Below are positions 25,174 through 37,800 of a stretch of DNA of 64,000 bases, piece after piece (positions within the stretch are counted from its first letter, which is position 1; each line of letters starts with the position of its first letter). The translations under genes and the position numbers were made by a program. The notes below the pieces were generated by a model, which saw nothing but the letters and a program-made list of their open reading frames with translations, was not told the origin of the DNA and made no database searches. The stretch lies in the NCBI GenBank assembly GCA_950097015.1, contig CATNEN010000034.1:1984001-2048000 (forward strand), in the 5' to 3' direction. Origin of the DNA: Macrostomum hystrix (taxonomy: Eukaryota; Animalia; Platyhelminthes).

Positions 25174-25720
25174 TTTCTGTATCGTGGCAATTACTTGGGA
25201 CCTCACCATCAGACACATTTTGAAAGTTTGCTTCAAAGCACGCCTTGCGAGGCACGCAAATGTAAAGTTAGAGGACAGCAGTGCGAAGAGTCGAGGCGCT
25301 CCTTCTCGTATGGAAAGCCATACGGATACTCTGGCGTTGAATGGCCTGAAAACGAGAATTTGCCCGAGCAGCTGCTCAAGATTCGGGACAATCTCTCCTC
25401 CGAACTTGGAGTAACTTTTAACAGTACAGAGCTCAACTTGCTCAACTTGTACAGAGATGGTAAAACGACTCAATCGGCTTCCACCAAGAGGACGAAGAGT
25501 GCCTCGGGTGCAAGCGTCTCTCTAGGATAACTGTCATCTTGCGAATGCGTAACCCGGTTTCATTGCGACAGAGGGTGCGAAATTCTGCAAAGCCCAGCCA
25601 TTTCTACTGCAGTTTCAAGAGAGATTTCTGCCGTGAAAATTATCTATCAAATGTTTCAAATTCGGAACACAGGAATTATAGTGTCAAATTTTCGTTTAGG
25701 AAATCACAGACTGGCCACTG
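25174..25720 (+). pseudogene. Degraded ALKBH2/3-like 2OG-Fe(II) dioxygenase (AlkB) domain, intronless
   Basis: KVRGQ..SRRSFSYG.PYGYSG...LLKIRDNL..ELGVTFNS..LLNLYRDG; frameshift at ~25462-25466 to DSIGFHQEDEECLG; shift back to ASVSLG then TAA at 25528; distal YSVKFSFR resembles the terminal RxSxTFR motif. Confidence 0.75.
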
Positions 25721-27994
25721 CGAAACGATGCGTTCTGTTCGCCCGAACATCACTTATGAAAACAGAATTTGCCCGAAATGCAAAGTTGGGGTCAAAAATG
25801 ACGAACTTTCGTAGTCTCACAGCAGAAGACAAAAGCATTTTTAATAGTGCAAGAAAATACAGAGGTAACAGGAAAGCTAGCAAAGTACATAGAAAACTTA
25901 ACAGAGATTGCGAGACTGAAGCTGCCCTGGAAAGAGTAAAGATCAAAAAGTGTTTTTAATGGTACCTAATGGTACAAGAAAGGTATGACGAAGACAAGAC
26001 GAGTTCGAGTGCAGGCAAGTTCATTCGATTGAGGCTAATAATATTGTTTATTTGACGATAGAGACCAATATAGCGAATGAGTGTAGCGGCAGGGGGACAA
26101 GCAATTATTTTATGTCATCCTGGCGGTAGGCTGTTGGCGGCAATGGTTAGAGTAACACATACTCAGACGAACGACTGAGGTAGAAAATAAACCTTAACGA
26201 CTTCTTGTGGGTCTCCAGGCTAAGCTAATTCTGGGTTCAAGTACGACTGCTGACTGCTCGCCAATGCCAATTAAGCCGCCAAGCTATTTACGCGTGACGC
26301 AGGGGGTGGAGAAAAACAGCAATTTGAACTCATTTAAATATGAACAATTTCTCGGAAAATACGTAAATGCTAAATTTAACAAAAGACGAAAGAAGGTAAA
26401 GACTACATGAATTAGATTTATGCTTCACTTTGGCATAATGTATACGATATGTAAAAAATTACGATACCACAATGTATTTGACAATTCAAATAATGTAATT
26501 TTATGCGTAGAAATAAATTCAATTTTTAACAAACAATTTTCGCCATGAAAAGTTCGTGTTTTTCGCGTGTTTATTTTCTTTCGCTTTTGCTCGTTTATTC
26601 GCCTTTTCAATTCGGTTTTTAAGTGCCTACTCAGAGTTGCAATAAAAAAACAAAAAAATCAGCACCTATTTTGAGTGCGCACTTTATATTAATAATATAA
26701 TAATTATAATATACCTAACAAGATCACAATATGCGCGAACAGCTCGTTTTTTTTACCGTTAATTTATTATCAATATAAGTCATTTCAATCCATCCAATTT
26801 AAAGTCTATTTTTTAACTTATTGTTTTTATTGTTATACTCATATAATATTTAACTTTATCGAATAACTATTCACTAAATATAATAAAACCAGCACCTTTA
26901 TAGCACAAAATAAAAATAATAAGAAAAATAGCACACTTGAAATCACGCATGAAATCATACCTGAATTTACTAACGCAAACATTTTCCTATCGAGCTAAAA
27001 AACTTAAACTTTGCGAAAGAAAAGTTGATATTAGCAAACTCCATTGAATACTTTACAGATTTACGATGTGGGACTTTATATCGAATTTCCCATTAGGAGT
27101 GTATAAAGTCTTTCCGCTGCTCTTAAGTTAAAACTACTGACAATTCTACAAATCAAACAATGACGCGTTTAATTAAGTCGCCAGATTTTATGAACATTCT
27201 TTCTACTAGCAGTGGCAGCATAAGAAAATTACAACATTTTTTTAGTTTTTGACGCGAAAATCAGATTATTAAAATTTTAACATTCGATCGAAGCAGAAAG
27301 TTATTCCATGTGAAATACGATATATTTTTTGTACAAAAAAACTCAAATCATTTCTTATATTATCGAGCTCTATCGATAGCCATCACAAAAGTGAGCCAAA
27401 AAACTGTTTAAAGTGCATCTGTAACGCGGCAGCAGTTTAGCCTGTAGACAAGGCTTTAGGACAAGCAGATACAGCATGAGAACGGCAGGAGCAGTGATGC
27501 GAAATACGATTTGACATAAGCAGAAAGAAGACTCAAACACACACACAAACACACTCCAGCGCGCTAGCGCATTCTAAGAAAATAAAGCAGAAGAGCTTTG
27601 AAGAAGAAGAAAAAGGCGCACAGAAAGCGTGTTTCGACTCTGAGTTGGACTGCGAATAAAGCTGCTCTCCGCTAAAGCACTGCTCTGCAATGCCAGTAAA
27701 AATGGAATGCACCGACTAAGAGAGACTGGACCAGTCTCTCCTATTGGCCACTCAGGCAGCAGGTCCGCCTTTCCCTCTCGCTCTCTCGCTCTGTCTGTGA
27801 CAAGCGCCTCTTATTCTTCGCCATTTTTCTTCTAAATAAATTCTTAGTTAAACTTTGCATCGCCGACTGTCCCACTGGAGAGCGCGCCGTGATTGCACAG
27901 AGACCGCAGTGAGAGGTTTTGCATGAGCTTAAGTGGAGAACGAGCGCTGGCTCTGCTGGTCAGTGCCTAAATTTCTGCTGCATTCGCACGCCGC

Positions 27995-30900
27995 ATGCAG
28001 CGCCAACAGCTGGCGCAGGGCGCCGAGTTGCCCGCAAGCCTGTTGGTCAGCCTCGTCAGCTTTCTTGATGACGAACTCGAAGGAGAGCTGCTGAGCCAGC
28101 CGGCTAGGGAGCGGCAGCGGAACCTGCTAAGCCAGCTCCGCCAGGTGTGCTCAACTGCTGACCGCAGCGGCCACAGCAGCTGCTCAGCCTCGCCAAGAGC
28201 AGGTGAGACGCTTTTACTCAACTATGCAATCCTTCATGACCTCGCTCATGGACTAACTCGCTCATAAACCAAGTCGGTCCTGAGCTCCATCATGACCTTA
28301 CTCATGGACTCCACCATGACCTTGCTCATAAAACAAGTCGGTCATGGACTCCATCATGACCTAGCTCATAAACCAAGTCGGTCCTGAGCTCCATCATGAC
28401 CTTACTCATGGACTCCATCATGACCTTGCTCATAAAACAAGTCGTTCATGGACTCCATCATGACCTAGCTCATAAACCAAGTCGGTCCTGAGCTCCATCA
28501 TGACCTTACTCATGGACTCCACCATGACCTTGCTCATAAACCAAGTCGGTCATGGACTCCATCATGACCTAGCTCATAAAACAAGTCGTTCATGGACTCC
28601 ATCATGACCTGGCTCATAAAACAAGTCGGTCATGGACTCCATCATGACCTAGCTCATAAACCAAGTCGGTCATGGACTCCATCATGACCTAGCTCATAAA
28701 CCAAGTCGTTCATGGACTCCATCATGACCTAGCTCATAACACAAGTCGCTCATGAATTGCGTAAGACACTCCCACGAAGTTGCAGAAGAAGAATTTCGCC
28801 TAATGCAGATTCAATGACAAATGTGTTTATTATATATTTTATTAAGTGTCGAATATGAATAATTTAAATTCTTTCGAATAAGACAATGAATAGGTCTGTG
28901 GGTCAGTTGCTCATTTATTGTTCGTTCGACAATTTAGCAAAAAACAAAAGCTTGCCTTTCAAGTGCCAACTATGGAGCAGTGAGTCGTGCCTTGCAGGGT
29001 TTGAAAAGAATGCTAACGCGAATGCTCGGATCTAAGAAAGACAAGCCATCATAGAACAGTCTTTGAAAGACTAAAAATAGCATTCTTAACTGACTCAAGC
29101 TGTTAATATTTCAGGTGGCAACAAAGCCAGGCTTTCACTGCCGCAGCAGCTCTTTGACTTGGCGGGGTAAGCCTGACAGTGATATGTTGAGTACATTTGT
29201 TGAGCTGTTAGGCAATAGCAGATGATTCAAGGACTTCTGAGGAATCTTCTTCTGAAGATTCCAGAATTTATAAGGATTCTAGAATTTCTGAGGATTCTAG
29301 GATTTCTGGGATTTCTAGGATTTCTGAGGATTCTAGGATTTCTGAGGATCCTAGGATTTCTGAGGATTTTTTAACTTCTTCGGATTCTAGAATTTCTGAG
29401 GATTCCAGAATTTATAAGGATTCTAGAATTTCTGAGGATTCTAGGATTTCAGGGATTTCTAGGATTTCTGAGGATTCTAGGATTTCTGAGGATTCTAGGA
29501 ATTCTTAAGATTCTAGGATTTCTGAGGATTCTAGGATTTCTGAGGATTCTAGGATTTCTGAGGATTCTATAACTTCCGAAGAATTATAAAACTGCTGAGG
29601 ATTTTTTAACTTCTTCGGGTTCTAGGATTTCTGTCGATTCCGAGATTTCTGAGGATTCTAAAACTTATGAGGATTCTATAACTTCTTCGGATTCTAGGAT
29701 TTCTGAGGATTCTAGAATTTCTGTGGATTCTAAAATTACTGAGGATTCTAAAATTGCTGAGGATTCTAGGGCTTCTGAGGATTCTAGGATTTCTGAGGAT
29801 TCTAGGATTTCTGAGGATTCTAGGATTTCTGAGGATTCTAGGATTTCTGAGGATTCTAGGATTTCTGAGGATTCTAGGATTTCTGAGGATTCTAGGATTT
29901 CTGAGGATTCTAGGATTTCTGAGGATTCTAGGATTTCTGAGGATTCTAGGATTTCTGAGGATTCTAGGATTTCTGAGGATTCTAGGATTTCTGAGGATTC
30001 TATAACTTCCGAAGAATTATAAAACTGCTGAGGATTTTTTAACTTCTTCGGATTCTAGGATTTCTGTCGATTCCGAGATTTCTGAGGATTCTAAAACTTA
30101 TGAGGATTCTATAACTTCTTCGGATTCTAGGATTTCTGAGGATTCTAGAATTTCTGTGGATTCTATAACTTCTTCGGATTCTAGGATTTCTGAGGATTCT
30201 AGAATTTCTGTGGATTCTAAAATTACTGAGGATTCTAGGATTTCTGAGGATTCCGTGATTTCTGAGGATTCTAGGATTTCTGAGGATTCTAGATTTCTGA
30301 GGATTCTAGGATTTCTGATGAGTCTGGGATTTCTGAGGAGTCTAGGATTTCTGAGGAGTCTGGGATTTCTGAGGAGTCTGGGATTTCTGAGGAGTCTAGG
30401 ATTTCTGAGGATTCTAGGATTTCTGAGGATTCTAGGATTTCTGAGGAGTCTGGGATTTCTGAGGAGTCTGGGATTTCTGAGGAGTCTAGGATTTCTGAGG
30501 ATTCTAGGATTTCTGAGGATTCTAGGATTTCTGTGGATTCTAAGATTTCTCTGGATTGTATGATTTTCGAGGATGGAAGAATTTTTGAAGCATTTAATGA
30601 TTGAAAACTGAAAAACTGTATTAAAAAACAGATTGCCGACTTCCGTCATAAACAAAAAATTTATTGTCTAACCATTTGCAATGCACGCACTTTAAAAAAT
30701 ATCAATTTTCAGCTGCAGCCAAGGGTCAGACGGCAGCGAGCACTCCATCCATTCGCTGGAGGGTGAGTTCGTCCCTTCAAGCTATTGCTCGTAATTAGGC
30801 TTTCAAATACTGTCGAGTGTCTTGCTAACGATTTCAATTCCTGCATTCCAGACTATGAGACACCCGGCCAGTTTGTCGCTGAGTCCATACCGTGAGTCGG

Positions 30901-33619
30901 CTTTCTTGCTGCACTCCAATTTTGAGCCCATGTGCTCAGTTTCTCTTCCTTAAGTTACTAAAAATTAGCAAGCAGTGCCCGGGAAGTGAGTAATTTTCTA
31001 CGGCTACTCCACACAACTCAACTCCCCTGGGATGGCTCCGGATGAAGAAACAGGCATAGTTGACTCTGACCGAATTCCTGTTTCCTCTTTCCTGATGACG
31101 CAAATGGATGAGCAAATCTGTGCTCTGCTCTTCCTTAGTTTTGAGTTTTCAGTCAGACCTCGACGTCATCAAATGATAGATTTACCCTTTCGATAGTTAG
31201 ACTAAATTTAGTTTTACTCACTGGACAGCAATTTTTGCCAAAAACTCCACCTTATTTGGAGCTTGATAAATTTAGATTTAAACGATTGGAGATTATGGAT
31301 AGCAGGGATTTCGACGAGTAGGGTGTCGACGAGTAGTCATGTCGACGAGTGGTCATGTCAACGAGTGGTCATATCGACGAGTAGTCATGTCGACGAGTAG
31401 TCATGTCGACGAGTGGTCATATCGACGAGTGGTCATATCGACGAGTAGTCATGTCGACGAGTAGTCATATCGACAAGAAGTCATGTCGACGAGTGGTCAT
31501 ATCGACGAGTAGTCATGTCGACGAGTAGTCATATCGACGAGTGGTTATGTCGACGAGTGGTCATGTCGACGAGTGGTCATATCGACGAGTGGTCATATCG
31601 ACGAGTGGTCATGTTGACGAGGAGGGTGTCGACGAGTAGTCATGTTGACGAGGAGGGTGTTGACGAGTAGTCATGTTGACGAGGAGGGTGTCGACGAGTG
31701 TTAATATCGACGAGTGGTCATGTCGACGAGTGGTCATATCGACGAGTGGTCATGTCGACGAGTGGTCATGTCGACGAGAAGGGTGTTGACGAGTAGGTAT
31801 TTCGACTATTAGTGTTTTAATTTAATTTTCCAATCTTAGCCTACCAACTCGACGACGCGTGAGTGCCGGCGCTCGGAGGATGTCTGCTCTGCCCGAGCAG
31901 CAGCAGCAGCAGCAGCAGCAGCTGCTGCTGCACCGACAGCAGCCGCTGCGGCATCCAAGCCAAAGCAGTGTAAGCATTGTCGGCCCGCTTTGGTACAGGC
32001 GTCGATCATGCCGCTGGCAACGGCTGGGCAACTGCTCGCTGCAGCCAACGGGGCTGCAATGTCACAAGAGCCGCCACGTGGGGCCCCAGCAGCAGCCGAC
32101 GCTGTCCCTCCAGCTGGCCGGCTACACCGTTGTCTACGTGCGGAGGGAGTCGCAGGTGAGAGTTGCGAGCATCTCCACACCTGGGATTCGCGCAAACAAA
32201 CCGGAGATCATAAAAACTATCCGATGCTCCGTATTTGCCCGCAGGCTGATCACGTGATCAAGCTGGCCCACCCCAGCCTGCCGACGTACGCGCTGGCCGC
32301 GGACACAGAGGAGCAGGCCCGCACCTGGGTTCGCCATCTTGCAGCACACGCGGCCGGGCTACCGGCGCCTGCATTCTGCAGCTTCCTGACTCCGTCGCAG
32401 CCGCCAGCAGCTGGTCAGGCGACGGCCACGACTGCGGCCTTTCTGGCAGCGGACTTTGAGCCAACTGACAGCGGCTTCTCCGGGCCGGTGTCGTCCAGCT
32501 CGAATGATGACTCTTGCGAGCCGGCGCCCGATCCTGCTGAATTTAACTGCGTCCAGCTGCGCCAAGCGTCGTTGGCCAAGTCGGCGAGCTTCTCACCTGG
32601 CGTTGGTAAGCTCTGCTTTGCATTGTACATTTATTTATACTTTTTTATAGCTAACAGGGCCTTGGGAGGTCGGCCCACTCGGGCGTGAATTGCTTAGGCG
32701 AGTGAATGTGTCATTGGCGCGGATTCGAGCTCAGGGACATTCGCGAGAGATTCGTTCGCGATGCCACTCTTTCACCCTCTGATCTAGAACTCGTGAACCC
32801 CTGTCAACTCCCGCAGAGCCCCCAGTCAAGCCGTCCTCCTCGGCCGCATCGGGGCTGATTCGCCGCTTCCGTGAGTCTTTCTCACAGGGTGCAGCGGCCA
32901 TTGTTAGACGGCGAAGATCGAAGCTGGCTGACGACGAGGCTGCTGCTGCTGCTGCTGCTGCTGCCACTGCTGCTGCTGCCACTGCTGCTGCTGCTTCGAT
33001 GGCCTCAGCGGCTGCCAGGCCAGACCCCAATGTGTTGCTATCAGCTCTAGCGGAGTTGCGCATCAACCAGGAGTCGGTATGGCGACGGCGGCTGCTCCAG
33101 CTCGGAGTCGACGGTCGACTGTACTTCGCAGAGCTGGGCGCGTCAGCCATCCCCAACTGCGTCCAGTTAGACGGCCTGCGGCTGGGGCCAAACACGACAC
33201 CCGGCCACTGCGGCTTCCAACTGGCCACGCCGACGGTCCCGGAGCGGACTGTCCTGGAGGTGCGCGGACTCGGCAAGCTGGAGATCGGTGCCTGGATCAA
33301 GCAGCTCAGCCTGGCCACCGGCCTGGCATCAACCTACGAGCCGCCGGCGGAGCTACTGGACCTGCCCAGCGCCAGGGCCGCGGCACTTCGTCAGCGGCTT
33401 CTTGAAGGCAGCTCGGCCAACGGACGGCGAGCCTCAATGCCAGCAGTGGCAATGACAGAGCAACTGGTGCATCAGCAGCTGATAGAGAGGCAGCACTCGA
33501 TGCTGTGGCGCCCGCTGCCGCCGACACCGCCAGAAGCGGCCAGACAAGCTGCTCAGGCAGCTGCTCAGAGGCGCGGCTCGCTGCTGCTGCCGTACAAGCA
33601 ACCCGCGCGCTACTGGTAG
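27995..33619 (+). CDS. Tandem PH-domain adaptor, AFAP1/AFAP1L-like, with SKAP-type N-terminal helical hairpin; 7 exons, ~609 aa
   Basis: Exons 27995-28202, 29115-29166, 30713-30762, 30852-30891, 31840-32155, 32245-32605, 32817-33619; all GT-AG, phases consistent, total 1830 nt. PH1 (GPLWYRRRSCRWQR...YALAADTEEQARTWVRHL), PH2 (VWRRRLLQL...LEIGAWIKQL), Tyr motifs DYETP and TYEPP, polyQ/polyA tracts. Confidence 0.8.
28232..28755. repeat. 40-nt (plus 24-nt variant) minisatellite in adaptor-gene intron 1
   Basis: CATGACCTAGCTCATAAACCAAGTCGGTCATGGACTCCAT units. Confidence 0.93.
29225..30555. repeat. 18-nt minisatellite GAGGATTCTAGGATTTCT in adaptor-gene intron 2
   Basis: Direct reading; source of the SEDSRI and LRILGF ORFs. 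Confidence 0.96.
31310..31800. repeat. 16-nt CpG-rich minisatellite GTCGACGAGT(A/G)GTCAT in adaptor-gene intron 4
   Basis: About 30 copies by direct reading. Confidence 0.95.
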
Positions 33620-34834
33620 GTGCCTGCAGCTCTGCACCCTCTACACAAATATCAATACGAATTTGATTCTTTTTTTATGCTAAATCCTCTATTTTACATG
33701 AAATATTTTGTTCGAAACAAGTTAAAACGAAGCGCTAAAATGTGTTGAAATTTAACAATTCGAATTTTCAATTTTACCCGCGGTTTTTGAGAAACGCCTA
33801 AGCAACCTACTATTTATACTACTGTTCCATTTCGTAAGTAGGCAGTTTAGGTTTTGTTTTCGACCGAAGTTGATGTAAGTGAGGGTTTTTCGTTTCGAAT
33901 TTATTTCGATCAGAATTGAACATTTTCCTCTCAACTTTAATTCATGATTTCGTCTGAGATTTCGCCGTGCATTCATTTTAAACAACTTTTTTGCAACTCC
34001 ACGAGTAAAACAAAATGTTAGTTAGTTTTCATTAAAAACTGGGCTTCGCGGTAATGTCAGTTTTTTAAATCATCATTTGTTTAAATTGCACATGCCATTG
34101 CGCCATTCTCGAGTCTGTTTAATTTTATATTTTTGTCCAGCGCCGTGAAAACCAGCGCCGCTGTTAGTTCGCACCTTCATTTTGATTCTTTCAATAATAC
34201 CTGCATGTCGCTAGTAAGGGCAAAACCTGGTCGATGAAAGCAGTTTTATGTTCCACAATCATTCAGGGAAATCAAATTATTGCTTGTCCATAATCCGCTC
34301 ATAATAAATTTTTATGACCATTTTGAAAACTAAATTTATCTAGGAGCAATCAGAACATTGCAAAAAAGCAAAAATTAAAGTACATTTATAGGCCTTTAAT
34401 TTGCGAATTTTTTCGCTGGTTAGTATTGAAAATGAATTTTCCTAAACATTAGCTGTCACATTCTGTCATTATAGTCGCTGTTACACCAATAGTTCAGTAG
34501 TAAACTGCTTACTATTGCATGATATTCTGGAACTAAAAGAAGTGCAAGGTAATATACTAGTATAATTGAGTTTCATCAATGCACGCGATATAATAATAAA
34601 TGTGAATGTGTTAGAATGTTGTGAAAACTTAGCAGGGTATTTTTTATTTTCCCGCTTTTTTTTCTAACAGGTAATTGAGTATTTAAGAACAATTTCGAAC
34701 ACGTGTTCGAGTGGATGCATAGCCGGGTATTAGAAAAAGTATTCGAGAAAGTATTGAAAATATTTAGATAGATAATCTGCTGCGAGTATGAAAGTAATAA
34801 ATTGAAAGAAATTGAATTAGAAACTGTGTGGCTA

Positions 34835-36680
34835 TTCAAACAGGTATTCGAGCAGGTATTCGGATTGTTATTCGAACATGTTTTCGAACAGGTATTAGAA
34901 CAAGTAGTCAACTAGGTATTCGAACAGGTAGTCAACTAGGTATTCGAACAGGTATTAGAACAAGTAGTCAACTAGGTATTCGAACAGGTAGTCAACTAGG
35001 TATTCGAACAGGTATTAGAACAAGTAGTCAACTAGGTATTCGAACAGGTATTAGAACAAGTAGTCAACTAGGTATTCGAACAGGTATTAGAACAAGTAGT
35101 CAACTAGGTATTCGAACAGGTATTAGAACAAGTAGTCAACTAGGTATTCGAACAGGTATTAGAACAAGTAGTCAACTAGGTATTCGAACAGGTATTAGAA
35201 CAAGTAGTCAACTACGTATTCGAACAGGTATTAGAACAAGTAGTCAACTAGGTATTCGAACAGGTATTAGAACAAGTAGTTAACTAGGTATTCGGACAGG
35301 TATTAGAACAAGTAGTCAACTAGGTATTCGAACAGGTATTAGAACAAGTAGTCAACTAGGTATTCGAACAGGTATTAGAACAAGTAGTCAACTAGGTATT
35401 CGAACAGGTATTAGAACAAGTAGTCAACTAGGTATTCGAACAGGTATTAGAACAAGTAGTCAACTAGGTACTCGAACAGGTATTAGAACAAGTAGTCAGC
35501 TAGGTATTCGAACAGGTATTAGAACAAGTAGTCAACTAGGTATTCGAACAGGTATTAGAACAAGTAGTCAACTACGTATTCGAACAGGTATTAGAACAAG
35601 TAGTCAACTAGGTATTCGAACAGGTATTAGAACAAGTAGTTAACTAGGTATTCGGACAGGTATTAGAACAAGTAGTCAACTAGGTATTCGAACAGGTATT
35701 AGAACAAGTAGTCAACTAGGTATTCGAACAGGTATTAGAACAAGTAGTCAACTAGGTATTCGAACAGGTATTAGAACAAGTAGTCAACTAGGTATTCGAA
35801 CAGGTATTAGAACAAGTAGTCAACTAGGTACTCGAACAGGTATTAGAACAAGTAGTCAGCTAGGTATTCGAACAGGTATTAGAACAAGTAGTCAACTAGG
35901 TATTCGAACAGGTATTAGAACAAGTAGTCAACTAGGTATTCGAACAGGTATTAGAACAAGTAGTCAACTAGGTATTCGAACAGGTATTAGAACAAGTAGT
36001 CAACTAGGTATTCGAACAGGTATTAGAACAAGTAGTCAACTAGGTATTCGAACAGGTATTAGAACAAGTAGTCAACTAGGTATTCGAACAGGTATTAGAA
36101 CAAGTAGTCAACTAGGTATTCGGACAGGTATTAGAACAAGTAGTCAACTAGGTATTCGAACAGGTATTAGAACAAGTAGTCAACTAGGTATTCGAACAGG
36201 TATTAGAACAAGTAGTCAACTAGGTATTCGAACAGGTATTAGAACAAGTAGTCAACTAGGTATTCGAACAGGTATTAGAACAAGTAGTCAACTAGGTACT
36301 CGAACAGGTATTAGAACAAGTAGTCAGCTAGGTATTCGAACAGGTATTAGAACAAGTAGTCAACTAGGTATTCGAACAGGTATTAGAACAAGTAGTCAAC
36401 TAGGTATTCGAACAGGTATTAGAACAAGTAGTCAACTAGGTATTCGAACAGGTATTAGAACAAGTAGTCAACTAGGTATTCGAACAGGTATTAGAACAAG
36501 TAGTCAACTAGGTATTCGAACAGGTATTAGAACAAGTAGTCAACTAGGTATTCGAACAGGTATTAGAACAAGTAGTCAACTAGGTATTCGAACAGGTATT
36601 AGAATTGGAATTATTATAATTATTCGAATTGGAATTCGCGATTCAAACAGGTATACGAAAAGGTATTCGAACAGGTAATA
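34835..36680. repeat. 36-nt higher-order satellite of three 12-mers (GTATTCGAACAG-GTATTAGAACAA-GTAGTCAACTAG)
   Basis: About 47 units; 12-mer monomers at both flanks. Confidence 0.97.
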
Positions 36681-37299
36681 TTATGCAGAAACTCGCGCAG
36701 TTGGCAAATATTTACATTTCTTCTAAAGTTTATTATCCGATCCCCGACATCTTTCAAAAAATCCATTTAGCTCCACCTTCCATTGATTGATGACTGTTAG
36801 TATCGCGAATATATTTCAAGAAATGCCAGCTTATGCGCAGCGGTGTCATGGCGAGTAACTTTGAATTTTTCTTAGTTGCACTTTAAACTTGGCATCGTGT
36901 TCAAAGTTGAATACCCGTCATACTGGCGCTTTAGACTTTGGAAGTGTTTGCCGCAGGAATTCCACATTTCCTACTGGATTCCAGTCTCCATTGGGAGGAG
37001 AGGAGACAGAAGAGGCAAGTTCATCTCCACTTGGTCACGCCTGTCTGACAGGGACACGGCTACACGCAGAGCTAATCGATGGTGCGCTGGCTGGGATCAA
37101 GCGAGCCGAGCGACTCCGAGTAACTACTGTGCTACGCGGTGCTCGATTTCTATGAGTGTTACTATGCTATATTAGTAAATACTGTAAAGCTGTGGGAGCA
37201 GCGAATGTTTCAAGTGCACTTAGTGACGAGTACTTCAAGCAATGCCGCCATCTTTGCTGCGATTGTTTAATTATATGCTGCATATTAGTATTGGAAACC

Positions 37300-37525
37300 C
37301 ACCACCCCCAACACCCAAATATTACACCCCACCACCCCTAAATTACACCCACCACCCCTGAATTACACCCACCCCCCTAAATTAAACCCCACCACCCTTA
37401 AATTACACCCCACCACCCCTAAATTAAACCCCACCACCCCTGAATTACACCCCACCACCCCTAAATTACACCCCACCACCCCTAAATTACACCCACCGCC
37501 CCAAAATTACACCCAAACACCCCTA
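37300..37525. repeat. C-rich ~20-nt repeat CCCTAAATTACACCCCACCAC
   Basis: Direct reading; G-rich on minus strand. Confidence 0.9.
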
Positions 37526-37534
37526 AATGATACC

Positions 37535-37800
37535 CCTACACACCTACGAGTACATAGCTATGGAACCCAAACACCCCTACATGCTATGGAACCCAAACAC
37601 CCCTACATGCTATGGAACCCAAACACCCCTACATTGCTATGGAACCCAAACACCCCTACATTGCTATGGAACCCAAACACCCCTACATTGCTATGGAACC
37701 CAAACACCCCTACATTGCTGTGGATCCCAAACACCCCTACATTGCTGTGGAACCCAAACACCCCTACATTGCTATGGAACCCAAACACCCCTACACCTGC
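37535..37800. repeat. 27-nt minisatellite CTATGGAACCCAAACACCCCTACATTG
   Basis: About 9 copies; source of three short repeat ORFs. Confidence 0.93.

Noticed and set aside
29723-30655. SEDSRI / LRILGF repeat ORFs
   Set aside because: 18-nt intronic minisatellite between phase-consistent exons of the adaptor gene.
34828-35283. GIRTSSQL repeat ORF
   Set aside because: Satellite translation artefact.
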